Position numbers and translations under genes: made by a program
Shown: positions 1 through 12,900 of the stretch, in pieces
Position numbering within the stretch: the stretch's first letter is position 1
Layout of the letters: the number at the start of each line of letters is the position of its first letter
From: Cyanophora paradoxa CCMP329
Taxonomy: Eukaryota > Plantae > Glaucophyta
DNA length: 64,000 nt
Reading direction: 5' to 3'
Assembly (NCBI GenBank): GCA_004431415.1
Contig: QPMI01000040.1
Span: 248,001 to 312,000 of the forward strand
The notes under the pieces: generated by a model
What the model was told of the DNA's origin: nothing
What the model saw: the letters and a program-made list of their open reading frames with translations, nothing else
Database searches by the model: none

Positions 1-182
1 CGCTCAGAAGCACTACCGGACGCTAGAAGAGGAGAGGGAGGTCGGAGGGGCGGGGGGGGGGGGGGGGGGGGGTGTGCCTCGGGCCACTCCATGCCTCGTG
101 CCTCAGGCCATGATGCATGGAGCTGAGCGAGGATGGCTCAGGCCACTCTTACAAGAGAGGGGCGGGAGTCCAAGGGGCTCGC

Positions 183-3100
183 TCAGGCGACGGTGCAGGC
201 CTTGGAGCGGCCGCCGCCGCCGCCGCCGCCGCCGCCCGCCGCGGCGGCCACGCGCAGCTCCTCGATCCTCCGCTGCGCCCGCGCGATCCGCTCGCGCCGC
301 TCCGCCAGCGCCCGCTCGAGGTACGGCACGTCGGTAGTGACGGTGACGGCGACGGCCGGGCCCGCCGCCGCGGCGGCCTCGGCCCTCTTCTGCCCGGCGG
401 ACGCGGGGCGCAAGCCGAGCGCCGCCGCGTTCGGGAGGGACTCCAGGAGCGCGTCCAGGTTCTGCGTGCGTACCCCCGTTGGCGCTCGAACGAAAGCTAC
501 GCGAAAGGGAGGGGGTACACGTACCGCGAGGAGGGCGACGTTTCCTTTCGTCATGTACGCGCGTGACTGCGAGTCGGGGTACAGTCCCTCCACCGCCTGC
601 AGGGGGGCTTCAGGGGGTACGGTAACAACGCCGCCGTGGGGGGCGCAGGGGGGTACCTGGCGGTCGGAGACAACCACCGGCCTCAGCGGCCGCTTGTTCA
701 GCTCCGCCAGCTGCGGAGGGGGAGGCGTTGATCGACGTGCGCAGCGAAAAAAGGCGGGGGTACGGGAATGCAGACCTGGAGGCGGTCGCGGAGGAGGGGG
801 TCGGCGATTGCGGCCTTGGAGAGGAGGGGTACGAAGGCCGAGCACTGCGCGGGCGTCGGGCGAAGACGGAACGGGGCGAGGGGGGGTACGGGGGCGAGCG
901 GGCCTTGACGACGGCCTGGGCGCCATCGTCGCCGCCGCCGCGGACGGCGCCGGCGGAGGGCGGGCGCTGCGTGCCGCCGCCGGAGCAGTCGAGCCAGCAG
1001 CGGGCGCCACGGTGGGCCAGGCCCCGCACGAACTGCTCCGCGAAGGACGCGTCCGCGGCGTGGCACCAGACGAAGAGGAAGGGCGATGGCTCCTCCACGT
1101 CGCAGCGGGCGCCGGGCGTCGCGAGCAGCGCCGCCGCCGCCTGCGCCAGGGCCTCCTGTCCCGCGGGCCCCGCCCCGGCGGCCCCGCCCGTCGCCAGCCG
1201 CTGGGTCAGCGTGAGGGCAAAGGGCGGCAGTCCCGCAGCGAAGAGGGCGTCCCTGCAGCCGGGCGGGCGCGTGAGCGCGTGAGCGGCGGGCGCGCCAAAT
1301 CGGACGGCGCGCAAAGCAGCGCACGTCGAGAGATCCCTGCGCAAGCCGCGAATCAGAGGTGGGTAGAAGATCGATCGAAGAGGTTTAAAAATGGCTTCGC
1401 GCACGCGAACTGCTGCTTCATAAGGGCTCCTTGGAGCTGGTCGTCCAGTGCGCACTTCTCGCGCCAGACAGGGTACACCGCGCGCCCGAGCCGCCGCGCC
1501 GCCGCCAGCTGCGCCCGGCACCGCGCCGACCGCCTCGCGGCGTCGCTGCGGGGCGGGTCTGAGGGGGGGTACGGAACGGAATCTGAGCGGAGTCTCGGCT
1601 CACCTGACCACGAAGATGAGGGCCTGCGCTTTCTTGAGCCCCGCCGACTCCTGCGAACGAAGCGAAAGCCGTCAAGGCGGGGCGGGCGGAGGAAAAAGAG
1701 AAGGGGGGGGAATGCTTCGTTCGCGCACGTCCGCCTCGGAAGGGTCGTCCAGGGCGCACTGCGCAGGGGCGGAGCTTGAACTTAGCTTAAGCTTGAGCAA
1801 TCTTAGCTTCACGAAGTTCAGAGGTTAGCTTAGGGCTCAGCGGGGCCGGCTCTGCTCGGGGCGGGCGGCGCGAAGGGGCGGGGCGGGGCGGGGCGGGGCG
1901 GGGCCCACGGTCAGGTGGGCCGCCTCCAGGCCGGCGTGCAGTCGCCGCGCAAAGGCCGCGTCCTCGGGGGCGTGTCTGCGGCACGCGGTCCCGAATGAGA
2001 CGTGGAAGTTTAATATGAGAGGGAGGGGTATATTTCTGTGCGCACGAAATGAACGCGTCTCGGAGTCCGCTCGCGCGCTTGAGGGCCGCCTGCGGGGGGT
2101 ACGGTGAGTCCGCGGAGCGGGGTACGGGTGCCGGAAGAAAGAGACGGGGGTACGGCCACCTGGAACGAAACGTCGGGGTGGGCCTGCACCACCATCCTCC
2201 GGCTCGGGCCCTGCCCGACGGAGCGGGCGGGGTCGGCCCCTGCGCCGCGCTCACTTAAAGATAGTAGAAAGGCAGAGAGAAGAAGGAAGGAAGGACCGCG
2301 CTGGATGAGGAGGGTGCAGACGTCGAGCATGGCGGGCCCGCAGGCGACTGCGTTGTACAGCGGCGTCTCGCCCCTCGCGTCCGCCGCGCTGCCCCGGAAG
2401 GAAAGCTCGTACTAAGAAAGAAAGCGAGGAAGGCATAAATGTAGGAAGGGGGGTAGCGCACTCGACGGCGGCGTCGGACGCCTCGCGGGCGAGGCGGAGG
2501 GCCGTGTGGCGGAAGCCGTGCCTGGCGGCGGCGACGCCGTCGGCCTCGCAGGGGCTCCGGGCGGGCGGGCGGGCGGGCGGGCGGGCGGGCGGCGCACCGG
2601 CACGCGAGGAGGAGGGCCGACTCGCCGGCGTCCCCGCCGCCGCCTTCGCCGCCGCCCGCCGCCGGCTTCTCGTACCCCCCGTCCTCCTCGCCCCCGTCGT
2701 CGAACTTGCCCTGGCTTTGGAACCACCCCCCGCGGAACCGGCGCCGCTGCGGCCGTGTCAGAGATAGAAATCGGGGGGGTGGGGAGGGGCTCACGAGGAG
2801 GCGATCGGGGCCCTCGAGGGCCAGGAGGCGCATGGCGCCATGCGCCAGCGCCCGAATCGGCCCGCCTGAGAGTGTAAATACGTTCGGTCGGATCAGATGA
2901 AGAAGAGATGTATGCGAACAGATCGATAAAGGCACCCCGCGAGCCGGCCGCAGCCTTGAGCGTCGCCGCGAAGTCGCCCGTCCAGAAAGCCCCCTTGCAG
3001 AGCAGCGCCATGTCCAGGCACGCCCTGCCGGGGGCGTTCGTTCCCTATAAAAAAGGGTACAGTAAAATTCGAATTCGGACCTGACTTCGTCGACGAGCCC

Positions 3101-6100
3101 GTCGGCCGCGACGGCGGCCGCCGTCGCCAGAAACCTGCGGTGCCGGCCGCGGTTCGAGCGCGCGAATCCGAAAGCACATCTAGAATACCGCATATGTACC
3201 CCCCCGCCCTTCCGTAGAGCCGCGGCTCGCGGCTATCGAGCGCCAGCCTCCCGTTGAGTTCGTAGTAGCGCTTCGCGACGCCGCGCAGGATGGGCGGGCG
3301 GGGCGGTCCCGCCCGCCCGCACGCCTCGTCCTCGAGCTTGATGAGATGGGAGCGGACGTGGGCGGCGCCGCCGCGGGCGGCCCCGAGGGGCGTCATGCCC
3401 TCCTCGTCCTGAGCCTCCAGCGAAGCCCCAGAGGCCAGCAGGAGGTCCACCAGCCGCACGCTCTTCCCGTCCCTGCACGCACTGCGCGCGCGCGAGAGTG
3501 GGAGCCGCCCGTGAGCGATCGATCGATCCTGCGCCAGCAACGACAGCACGTGCGCGCACTCGTGGATCGGCTCGCCGCCGACGTACTGGATCGCGTCCTG
3601 GCTCTGGCGCTTGTACGCAACGTCGACCCTCGCGCCGCGCGAGAGGAGCAGCTTCACGATCGCCAGGCCCTCCTCCGTCTCCGCGCGCTGCGCAGCCCCC
3701 AACGCGCTGCGGAAGGTCGTATCCTTGACTTCCGCTCCCTTCGAGAGGGGAAGGGGGGGGGAGGTTCAGGCGGGGTGCGGTGGCAGGAGGGAGGAAGTCA
3801 GCGGGGTACGCCTCACCCTGTCGAGGAGCATCTGGACGATCTCAAGGCGGCGGCTGCCGTCCGGGCGGTGGCCGCAGGCGTAACCGAGCGGGCTCCCGTA
3901 GGGGGATTCCTCGTTGACGTCCGCGCCCGCCTCTACAATCATTCGGATGGTCTCGTCGTCGTGGCTCGCTTGGAACGCCTGCGGTGAAAAATCAAGAGGG
4001 GGGTACGGCGTCTAGAAGGACGGAGAGGACCGCGACGAGGAGGCCGGCGGGGGGCGCCCCGGCCGCGAGGAGCTCCCTCAGGGCGACCAGATTCTTCCTG
4101 CTCAGCGCGTTCACGGGCCGCGCGTCGGCCATGTTCGGTTTGCGCTCCAGGATCGTCCTGCGGCCGGAGGAGGAGGCTCGACGGCCGAACGGCGCGTCCA
4201 CCGCCGCAGCGCGTGCACGCGCACCGCAGGACGGCAGTAGAGCTGTTGCGCGCCGCCAGGTTCATCGGCTGCGGGCCGGGGCCGCATCAGATCAGAGGCG
4301 CGGCGCTCCTCGGCGCGGGAGGGAGGGAGGGAGGGCTCACATGAAGCTGGACGTCGCCGGTGCTGTTCTCCACGCTCGCCCCGCGGCTGAGCAGATCGAC
4401 GACGACGGCCTCCGGGGGGGACGCCGCCAGCGCCACCTGCAGCGGCGTCTTGCCCTCCTTGGTCTTGGCCTCCAGCTCCGCCCCGGCCTCCAGCAGGACG
4501 CGGGCCGTCTCTACGACGTCGCCCTCGAGGAGCTGAGAGGCCTTGGCGTGCATCGGCCTGCTCTCGTCGTCGAACGGGCTTCTCCTCGTGAAGTTTATGC
4601 CGAAGCTCGCTCTGCGCGGCGTGTCGGCCGCTGCTGAAGAGCGACAGCGCCAAAGAAGGGAGAGGGCCCGCACATTCCGCAAGAGACGGCGAGGTGGAGC
4701 GGGGTCAGGCCGCCGCCGGCGCCGGCGACCGGCTCGGTGGGGAGGGAGACGGGTACACCCATGTCGAGGAGCGCCTTGACGCAGGCGGGCCGCGCGCTGG
4801 CGGCCGCCGCGTGAAGGGCGCTGTACCCTTCCTTCGGCCCGTACTGCCGGGCAGTTAGCTAACATGAAAAAAGAACTCGCGGGGGGGTACAACGAAACCG
4901 GCGGCGCACCTTGGAGTCTCCTTTGGGGGGTACGAAGGGCGCCGCGAGGTTCACGCCCAGCTCCTTGAGGGCCCTGTGGTCCCATAAGAGTCGTACGGAC
5001 TCGAGAAGGGGGGGTACGACGCGCCGGAGGACCTCGGTCTCCCCGGCGGCGGCGGCGAGGAGGGCGGCGGACTGGCCGCAGGCGGCCACGTCCGCGCCGC
5101 GCTGCGCGAGGAGCCTCACACACTCGACGTGGCCACGCTCCGCCGCGATCTCCAGCGCCGACGCCTGCGCCGCGTCAGCGCGGGAGCAATTCGCGGGATG
5201 CCGGGGCCGGGTGGGGGTACGGGCGCGCCGTGCCCTTGAATCTGCGCTCGCGGGAGAGAATGCCTTTAGCGTTGGAGTCTGCCCCCCGATCCAGGAGGAT
5301 CTTCAGGACGTCCAGGTGCCCCCCCGCCGCCGCCTCCAGCAGGCTCGGCCAGGGCTCCTCGTAGTCGTACCCCCGCTTCTTCCCTTCGTCGCCCGCGGTC
5401 GGCGGCTGCGGCTCTCCGTCCTTCGCCCCCGCCCCGTGCTCCAAGAGGTACCTGCGCGTGAATCGGATCGCGCACCCCTGCAGAAACCGCGTACCCCCGG
5501 GCGCACTGGACGGCGGCGGCGTGGCCGAATCGCGCGGCGAGGTTGAGGGGCGTGCCGAGGCGCCTCCTGTGCACCCGCGGGTTCTCCTTGCGCTCTTCGA
5601 CGAGGTACTTCAGCGCTTCCAGGCGGCCGGCGCCCGCCGCGCCGTGCAGGGGGTACACCCGCTCCGAGATCAGCAGGCCGCCCGGGCCCTCCTCGGGCTT
5701 GGCGTCCCCCCCTGATGCCTCATCTTCTTCGCCCCCGTCCTTCTTCGGAGGCTTCTTGGGACCGCGCTCCAGCAGATACCTGAGCGGGTGTCTCACGCTC
5801 CAGAGAGTTCCGAGTCGATCAAAATTTCGAACGGCACCTCGTCAGCTCGACGCTGCCGCTCTCAGCCGCGCAGAAACAGAGCACGTAGTAGATCTGCTCG
5901 TGGAGCCAGCCGTAGCGGACCTTCTCCAGCTCGTTCTCGGGGCACCTGCTTTGCCTCCACCGCCATTCCGCGTCGTAGTTGCTGCCCGGCGGCGGCCCCC
6001 GCGGCGCCGGCCACGAGTCGAGCAGCAGGCGAGTGAGGGCGAGGCCGCCGGCCCGCGCGGCGGCGATGCACACGCCGGCGTAAGATCGCACTGCCTGCGC

Positions 6101-6805
6101 GGCGTGCGCCTCTCTATTCAGCTCCTCGTCGAAGCCCTGCCGCGCTGCAAGGAGCCGCCTGCGTCGAAGCGTCAGCGGCGCGGCGGAAGGGCCGCTCCTC
6201 GGCACTCAACGCGGCGCACTTGAGCGTCTCTGCTTCTCCTGAGCTGGCGGCCTTGTAGAGCGCGCACGGCTCGACGCTGTAGCTCGCATCTGCTTGGAGG
6301 CCGGTCGCGGAGAATGCAAGGCTGGCGGTGCGCTCGAAGAGGAGCCTGCCGGCCGCAGCGTACGGTCGGCCCACCAACGAGCAGCTGACAGCGGGGCAGG
6401 GTGCGAACCTCAGGGCCTCGCGGTGCCCGCCGCTGACCGCGTGCCAAATTGGAGTGCGGCCATCAGAGTCGGGGGCAGCGATGAGGGAGTTGGAATGGGC
6501 GCCGCGGTCGAGTAGCAACCTGTACAGCGGAGATCATCGCGTGCGCGTGGTCGGCGGCGCCATCGGCGGCGCTTCGAATTCGCGCACCGGCAGGCGTCCA
6601 CGTTTCCGACCGACGCAGCGTACGCAAGTGGCTGTCGTAAGCTCGATCAAGCTTTGCCGACGGTTTGCGCGGTAGTGGCCAAACCCGCACGCACCGTTAG
6701 GCCATCTCCGCCGCGCGCGACGTGCGGGTCTTGTGGAAGGTCAGCACCCCTAGCGTACTCGCTCCAGAAAGAGGCAAGTCCGTTCGTGCTCTGTGATCCG
6801 CCCAT
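183..6805 (-). CDS. Multi-exon ankyrin-repeat + TIR + TIR + coiled-coil protein with N-terminal MGxxxS and C-terminal CaaX (paralog A; both TIRs lack the catalytic Glu)
   Basis: Manual splicing gives ATG 6805 MGGSQSTNG...DGLT|PLAYAASVGNVDACR|LLLDRGA...DGRTPIWHAVSGGH. Many further ankyrin repeats follow (YPLHGAAGAGRLEALKYLVE, EGKTPLQVAL, EGMTPLGAA, GETPLYNAV). TIR1 reads DAFIS|HAPEDAAFARRLHAGLEAAHLT|CALDD...|AQALIFVVS|DAARRSARCRAQLAAARRLGRAVYPVW. TIR2 reads FLFVWCHAADASFAEQFVRGLAHRGARCWLDC...CSAFVPLLS. Then a coiled coil (ERRERIARAQRRIEEL) and the end RSKACTVA* (stop 183-185). Confidence 0.85.
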
Positions 6806-6954
6806 GCCGCGGCCGCTGTGGTTGTAACCACGCTATCTAACCACTAGTAACCAGCTGCAGGGGGGTACTAGCTCATAATTGGAAAGAGGATAGACCGGAC
6901 GGAGTTCATCCGGCGCTGCTCAGCAGCTCGCCGAGTCGTGCGAGGAGCGGCGAG
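6806..6954. promoter_or_regulatory. 149-bp putative bidirectional promoter between the two ankyrin-TIR paralogs
   Basis: Divergent ATGs at 6805 (-) and 6955 (+). The spacer is lower in GC and carries TAACCA at 6825, 6838 and 6848 plus the palindrome TGGTT-GT-AACCA at 6819-6830. Confidence 0.6.
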
Positions 6955-9900
6955 ATGGAGCTAGAGCCCAGCGAGGCACTGCTTATGGCCGCCGGGGCTG
7001 GAGACGTGCGCGAAGTTCGGTGCGCGCCCTGCAGATGATGAGCCGCTGCTTGCACAATCAACGCTCCTTGCAGAGACCTCCTCGCGCGTGGAGCCTTCGC
7101 GGATACGCCCTCGCGGCGACCGCTGACGACGAAGGACGGCAAGGAGATCCCCGTCGGCCGCACGGCGCTCCACGAAGCGGCTCGAGCCGGTCACATCGAC
7201 GTTTTGAGGTGCTGCGCGCAGCATAGCCCACTGCTGCCGTACGCGCCGCAGTTGCTGATCGACTGATGCGCCAGGATTCTCTGCGCCGAGCCATACGTGG
7301 ATGTGAACGTGCGCGCCTTGATCCCGGATGGGGATACAGAGCGCTACGGCCCTTCTCCGCTCGACGTTTCCGCCGCCTCCAACCGCGTGGATGCCATCCG
7401 CTTCCTCCTCGAGCGAGGCGCGAAGCAGCCCGAGAAGGCCCTCATCGCCGCCCTGGGAGCGAAAGTAGACACCAGCGACGCCGTCCGGTGCGTCGTATTC
7501 GCACGGCTCGCCCGCCCGCGGTCGCCTTGCGCGTGCTGACGTCTCGGCGGTTTCGCAGTGTCCTTCTGGAGACGGACGCGACCGCCAGCTGCAGGCACGT
7601 CATTTCCAGTCTAGCCGCTGTGCTCGTGGCGCATGTGGGCAGCTTGGGGACGCTCCAGTGCGCGAGCCCTCTGGCGGGCCGTTCTTTCCCTCATTCCGAC
7701 CCCCACGCAGGGCCATCCTGGCTGCAACCCCGGCGGGCGAGAGGCGAAAGGAGGCGGCCGGCTGCGCCTTCGGGGCCGCCCTCTCCGAAAGCGGAGCGGT
7801 CGTGCGGTTCGTTCGGACTTCCCATCGCTCGGCCAGCCGGCCCCTGACCGGTCCCAAGGGTCCTGGCCGCAGAGGGTATGCCAGTGGACGGGGAGACCCA
7901 CAAAGCGGGGTACACGGCCCTCGGCCTCGCGGCGCTCTCCGGCAAGCTCGAGGCCGTCACGTGCGCGCCGCCTCCAGATTTCTCGTACCCCGGACCTCAA
8001 AGGCTCGGCAGCGCGTTCGTTGAGCTGGGGGCGAGGCTCTCGGGTATCGAGAAGGCGGGGGGGAAGGACGGCCCGGCCCCCGACGTCATCTGTTGGGCAG
8101 CCGAAGGGGGGCACGTGCCCGTCATTCGGTACGCCCGTACCCCGGGGTGGGCCTGCCGGATCTGACCGGGGGTACAGGTACTTGCTGTCGCGCGGGGCGT
8201 CGCTGGAAGCGCGGGACGCGGAGGGGTACACTCCCATCCTCAAGGCGGCGGCCTGCGGCCACGGACCGGCGGTTGTGGCACTGGCTGAGGCGGGAGCGGA
8301 TCCCACCGCCCGATCCACGGGGCCGATGGGCGCCCCCCTCGAGGGAGGCGAGCCCTCGAAGGGTCTGGCCGACTTTGCGGCGGCGCTGTCGTACCCCCCC
8401 GTCCTGCGTCTCCTCCGGGCGCGAGGCATCCCGTACGACCTGTCGACGAAGTCGGGGGCCTTCGATAGATCCGCCCCGCCGAGGGACACCGAGTTCTGGA
8501 TGTTCTTTCAGGGCTGGAGAGAGGTGCCCCGGCCCCTTGCCCCGCCCTTTCTCCCGCCCGCGGTCCCGAGCGGCGCGCGCGCGCGCAGAGGAGGCGCACG
8601 CCGCTGGGCTGGACGGCGCATCGCGGGGACGCGGAGGCGGTGCGGGAGCTGCTGGCGGCCGGCGCGGACCCGAGCGAGCCGGCGCTCGTGCTCCGGTTCG
8701 GCGACGAAGGGAAGGTGGTATCCCAGGAGGGCGCGCGGCCGCTCTACGAGGCGGCCGCCGGCGGCTTCCCCGAGGTCGTGCGGCTGCTGGTGCAGGCGGG
8801 GGCGGACCCTGAGGCGCGCCAGCAGGACAGCGGCGGCGGCCCGAGCGCCAGCGCCAGCGGCGCCCTGAGCTTCCGCCCGCTCGAGAAGGCCATCGCCTCG
8901 GGCAAGGTCGAGGCCGCGCGGGCCCTACTGGAGCTCGGCTGCGGTGTCACGGACGACGCGTACGCGCCGGCGGCGGAGGGGGCGGAGCCGCGCGCCGCGG
9001 CGCTGCCCCTCGCCTGCGAGATCGGGAACCTCGACCTCGTCCGGTGCGAACGAAGGGCCGGCCCCCTCCTTCTTCGTCTTAACTTGAGGGACGCAGGGCT
9101 CTGCTGGCGCGGGGCGCCTCGCCGGCGTCGAAGCACGGGCACAGCGCGACGCCCTACGCGATCGCGGCCCGGGGCGGCCGCGCCGACATCCTCCGGTGCG
9201 TCTGTAGGGGTACGGTGGGCGTTATCAGAGATTGAGGGGCGGCGTGTGTGCAGGGCGCTGGTGGAGCGGGAGGCGCCGTCGCGCGACGTGGTGGAGAGCG
9301 TCGCGGCGGGCGCGGCCCGGGCGGGCGCCGTCGACTGCCTCCGCGTCGCTCTGGACCTCGGGGCGGATCTCCGCAGGCGATTCGTGGAGGAAGACGCGGC
9401 GCAGTCGGCCCACGGCCGCGGCCCGAAGCCCTTCGTGACGCTGCTGCTGCGGGCCGCGGCTGGCGGGCACCTGGAGTGCGTGCGGGAGCTCCTCGGCAGG
9501 GGCGCCGACCCGAGGGAGGTGGAGGGCGTGCCGCCGCCTCCGCCGAAGGACGAGGGCGGCGGGCCGAAGCCGCAGCAGCCGCCCGAGTTCGTCCTGAGCG
9601 GCCGCTCGGCGCTGGAGTGCGCGGCGGCGGGCGGGCACGCCGGCGTCGTGCGCCTGCTCGCCTCCCGCGGCGCGCCCGTCGACCGCCCGGGCTCGGGCCG
9701 CGACTCGGCGCTGGGGCTGGCGGCCGCGGGTCGGCACAAGGAGACCGTGCGGGCCCTGCTGGAGTGCGGGGCGGACCCCGCGCGCCCTGAGGCGAAGTAC
9801 ACCTTTCGCGGGGACGAGTGGTGCCCCGCGCTGCACGTCGCCGCGCAGAAGTCGGACCTCCACACCCTCCGGTGCGCTCCGCTTCGAATTCGATCTGTCT

Positions 9901-12900
9901 TGGTCGAGCCGAGCTCGCGGGCCGCAGCGTGCTGCTCGACGCCGGCGCACCGGTCGACCAGAGCGACTCGAAGAACCGGACGCCCCTCATGCGGCCCCTC
10001 GTCTCCTCCGACGGCTCCGACCCGACCGGCCTCCTCCCCACCGTACAGGAGCTGCTGCGGCGCGGGGCGGACCCCTTCCACGGCTCCAAGCCGACGGACG
10101 GCTCGGGAGACTTCATGGATCTGTGCATCCTTCACCAGGTTCGATCCTCCGCGGCCCCTCTAAATCTTCCGGCTTGCAACTGGATCTGATTTCGGGGGAG
10201 GGTGCAGGTGTCCTGTGGAATGACGCGCCTCGAAGTCCTCGTGTACCCCCCTCCCCGCCCCACGCCCCTTTTGAACACTGCACAGCCCCCCTGAAGCCTC
10301 CCCCCCCTTCTTCCCCCCCCCCTTCCCTTCGCGAAGCGCGATGGAGGAGGCGGGCTTTCGGGTACCCCGGCAGTCGGCGGCGATGGCGAGTGCCATCCTG
10401 TTTGCCTTCAGCAAAGGGGCTTTCGCTACCGCCAGGTAGCTAAAAATAGCCCCCCTTCGAATAGTGATTACTCGTACCCCGGCCAACAATCTTCGTTCGC
10501 AGGTGGTACCTGGAGCGCGGAGTCGACACGAGCCTCGCTTACCTGTCCGGCGAGGAGCGCGCGGACCTGCTGAAGGTCGGTGGTACCCCTCCCTTGGCGC
10601 CCGCCCCCCTCGAGCTCGGCCGGCCGTGGCGGCCGCGGTCGCTCCGATCGCGAACTGGGGGCGCGGCAGGAGCGCCCCTTGCTGCACGCGCTGCTCGTGC
10701 ACGCCACCGGCAAGCAGGCCGACGACTTCCTCGCCTGCCTGCGGTTCGACTCCCGGCGGGAACCTTTCTGTTCCCTTCCCTTACGGCCTTCGGCGTTCCA
10801 GGCTGGTCCTGGACAACGGAGCGGGCGTGAACGCGTCCTTCCGCGGGTCCACGCGTGCGTACCCCGCCCCAGTTCCGCACGTACCCCCCTGAGCGCCCCT
10901 CTGCAGCGCTGCACCTCGCCGCCGGGAACGCCGCGGCCGGCCTCGAGGCCCTTCGGGTGCTGCTCGAGCGCGGGGCGGACGTGCAGGCGCGTGGCAAGGG
11001 CGGGCGCACGCCGCTGCTCGTCGCTGTGAGCGGCGCCGGCAAGGACGAGGAGAGGCTCCCTTTCGTTCGGGCGCTCCTGGACGCGGGGGCGGACGTTGGG
11101 GCGCGCGACGAGGCCGGCCGCAGCGCCGCGGCCGAGGCGGCAGAGGCGCACAGCCTGCCGCTGTTCCGGCTCCTGATGGAGCGCGGCGCCGCTCGCCACG
11201 TCCAGGAGGGAGAGATCCTCGCGGCGGCGAGCCGCCCCCGCGAGAGCAACCGGAGCCGCGATGAGAAGGCCATCGCTGACGCGCGCAACTTCCTCGCGTA
11301 AGCGCCCCTCGCGCTTTCGGAAGCTCGGATCAGTCGGGCTGACGGGGGGTAGGGCGGTGCTGGAGGACGAGCTGCGGGAGGTGGAGGCGGAGGGGTACGC
11401 GTGGCCGGAAGTGGCGCGCGACGCGGAGGGCGGGCTGGCGGGCCGCGCCCGCGGCTACTCGATGGCGCTGCGGGCGGCGCTGGACGACGACTCGGGGTCC
11501 GCCGCGGCCGCCGACGACGCGCGCCAGTGGGCCGACCTGCTGCTCTGCCTGCGGGGGCCCCTCCGCCCGAGCGAGCTGCACCTGAAGCTGGTCGCCGATG
11601 AGGACGGCCCGCGCGCGGCGGCGCTCGCGGCGGCGGCGCGCGTGCTGCGCCTCGAGGGCCGCGCCGCGCCCGAGGCGGCCGCGGAGGAGGAGAAGCCCTC
11701 CAGGGCCGCCGGGCGCTCGGACAGGAAGGCGGAGGGGGAGGCGCAGAAGGACGAGGACCCCGCGGAGGAGGCAGCGGACGCGGCGGACGGGGAGACGGCG
11801 CTCCACGCCGCCTGCCGCGCCGGCCTGCGCCTCACGGCCCTCCGCCTCGCCCGCGCCGTACCCCCCGACGCCGTCGAGTGCGCGCGCTCGCGCGCCTCGC
11901 TTCGGCTGTGCGGCCCTCTCTCACTCGCGGCCGGCTGCAGCGCGGCGGACGCGGCAGAGGAGACGGCGCTCTCGCGGGCCGTCGCCTTCGGCCCGCCCCT
12001 CTTCGACGTCTGCGCCCTCCTCATCCAGAAGGGCGCGCCCCGCGCCCCTCCCGAGCTGAGCTGCCTTGGCTGAGTTGCGGTGCAGGGGCGGACCTGGGGC
12101 GGCAGATCGGCAGCGGGGAGGGCGGCCGGCAGAGGCGCGCGCTCCTTTTTGAAGCGCTCTCAAGCCCCTCCCCGGTGACACTCGCCGCAGGGTGGTGCTG
12201 GACGCGACGCGCGACGCCGCGTACCGCGCGCGGCTGAAGCGCGCCGCCACCAGCCGCGACGCGTTCATCTCGTGCGCTCGCGTACCCCCCTTTTCGACCG
12301 GTGCCCCGCTCGGGTCCGACGCGGCCGACTCGGCCGGGCGGCAGGTACGGGCACCACCCGCCGGAGGTGGCGCGCTTCACGGCGCGGCTGAGGGACCGCT
12401 TCCAGGCCGAGCAGGTCTCGGTGCGCGGGGAACGCCGGCGCTCCTTGGGACCCAGCGAGGGGGAAGCTTCGAGGGGCCCCGAGGGACGTCCCCCTAGGAC
12501 CTAGCTCCCCCGCCTCCATCCTGTCTGCCCCTGACCGCGCCTCAGTGCTGGATGGACGAGATGAAAGCCACGGGTAAACTCCGCTTCGCGCGCCGCATAC
12601 GCGCCGGGCCGCTGCCGCTCGGTGTGAGCCTGACCGGGGTCCCCTGCAGGCATCGAGGCGGGGACCGAGGTTCGCCACGTCGTCCGCTGCGGCCGCCCGC
12701 GGCCGCCCCGCCCCTGACCGCCCCGCCCCGGCTGCAGTGGCGGGAGCAGATCGGCGTCGGAATCAGGGCCGCGCGGGTCGTCGTCTTCATCGCTAGCAAG
12801 GCGCGCTCAGCGTAAGATCCGAGAATCCTGCGGCCTGACTGACGGCCCACCCGCCCTCGCCCGCCCTCCTCCGCAGCACTCGTGCGCGTCGGACTGGTGC

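Noticed and set aside
1-130. Possible end of an upstream + strand gene
   Set aside because: It is too short and interrupted by a poly-G run, and cannot be distinguished from the 3' UTR of paralog A.
133-1779. 548-aa + strand ORF and similar long Arg/Pro/Gly-rich ORFs (e.g. 48292-49992 -, 48555-50039 -, 61903-63555 -, 8744-10135 -)
   Set aside because: These are antisense or off-frame shadows of real spliced genes in very GC-rich DNA where stops are rare; they have no recognisable domains.
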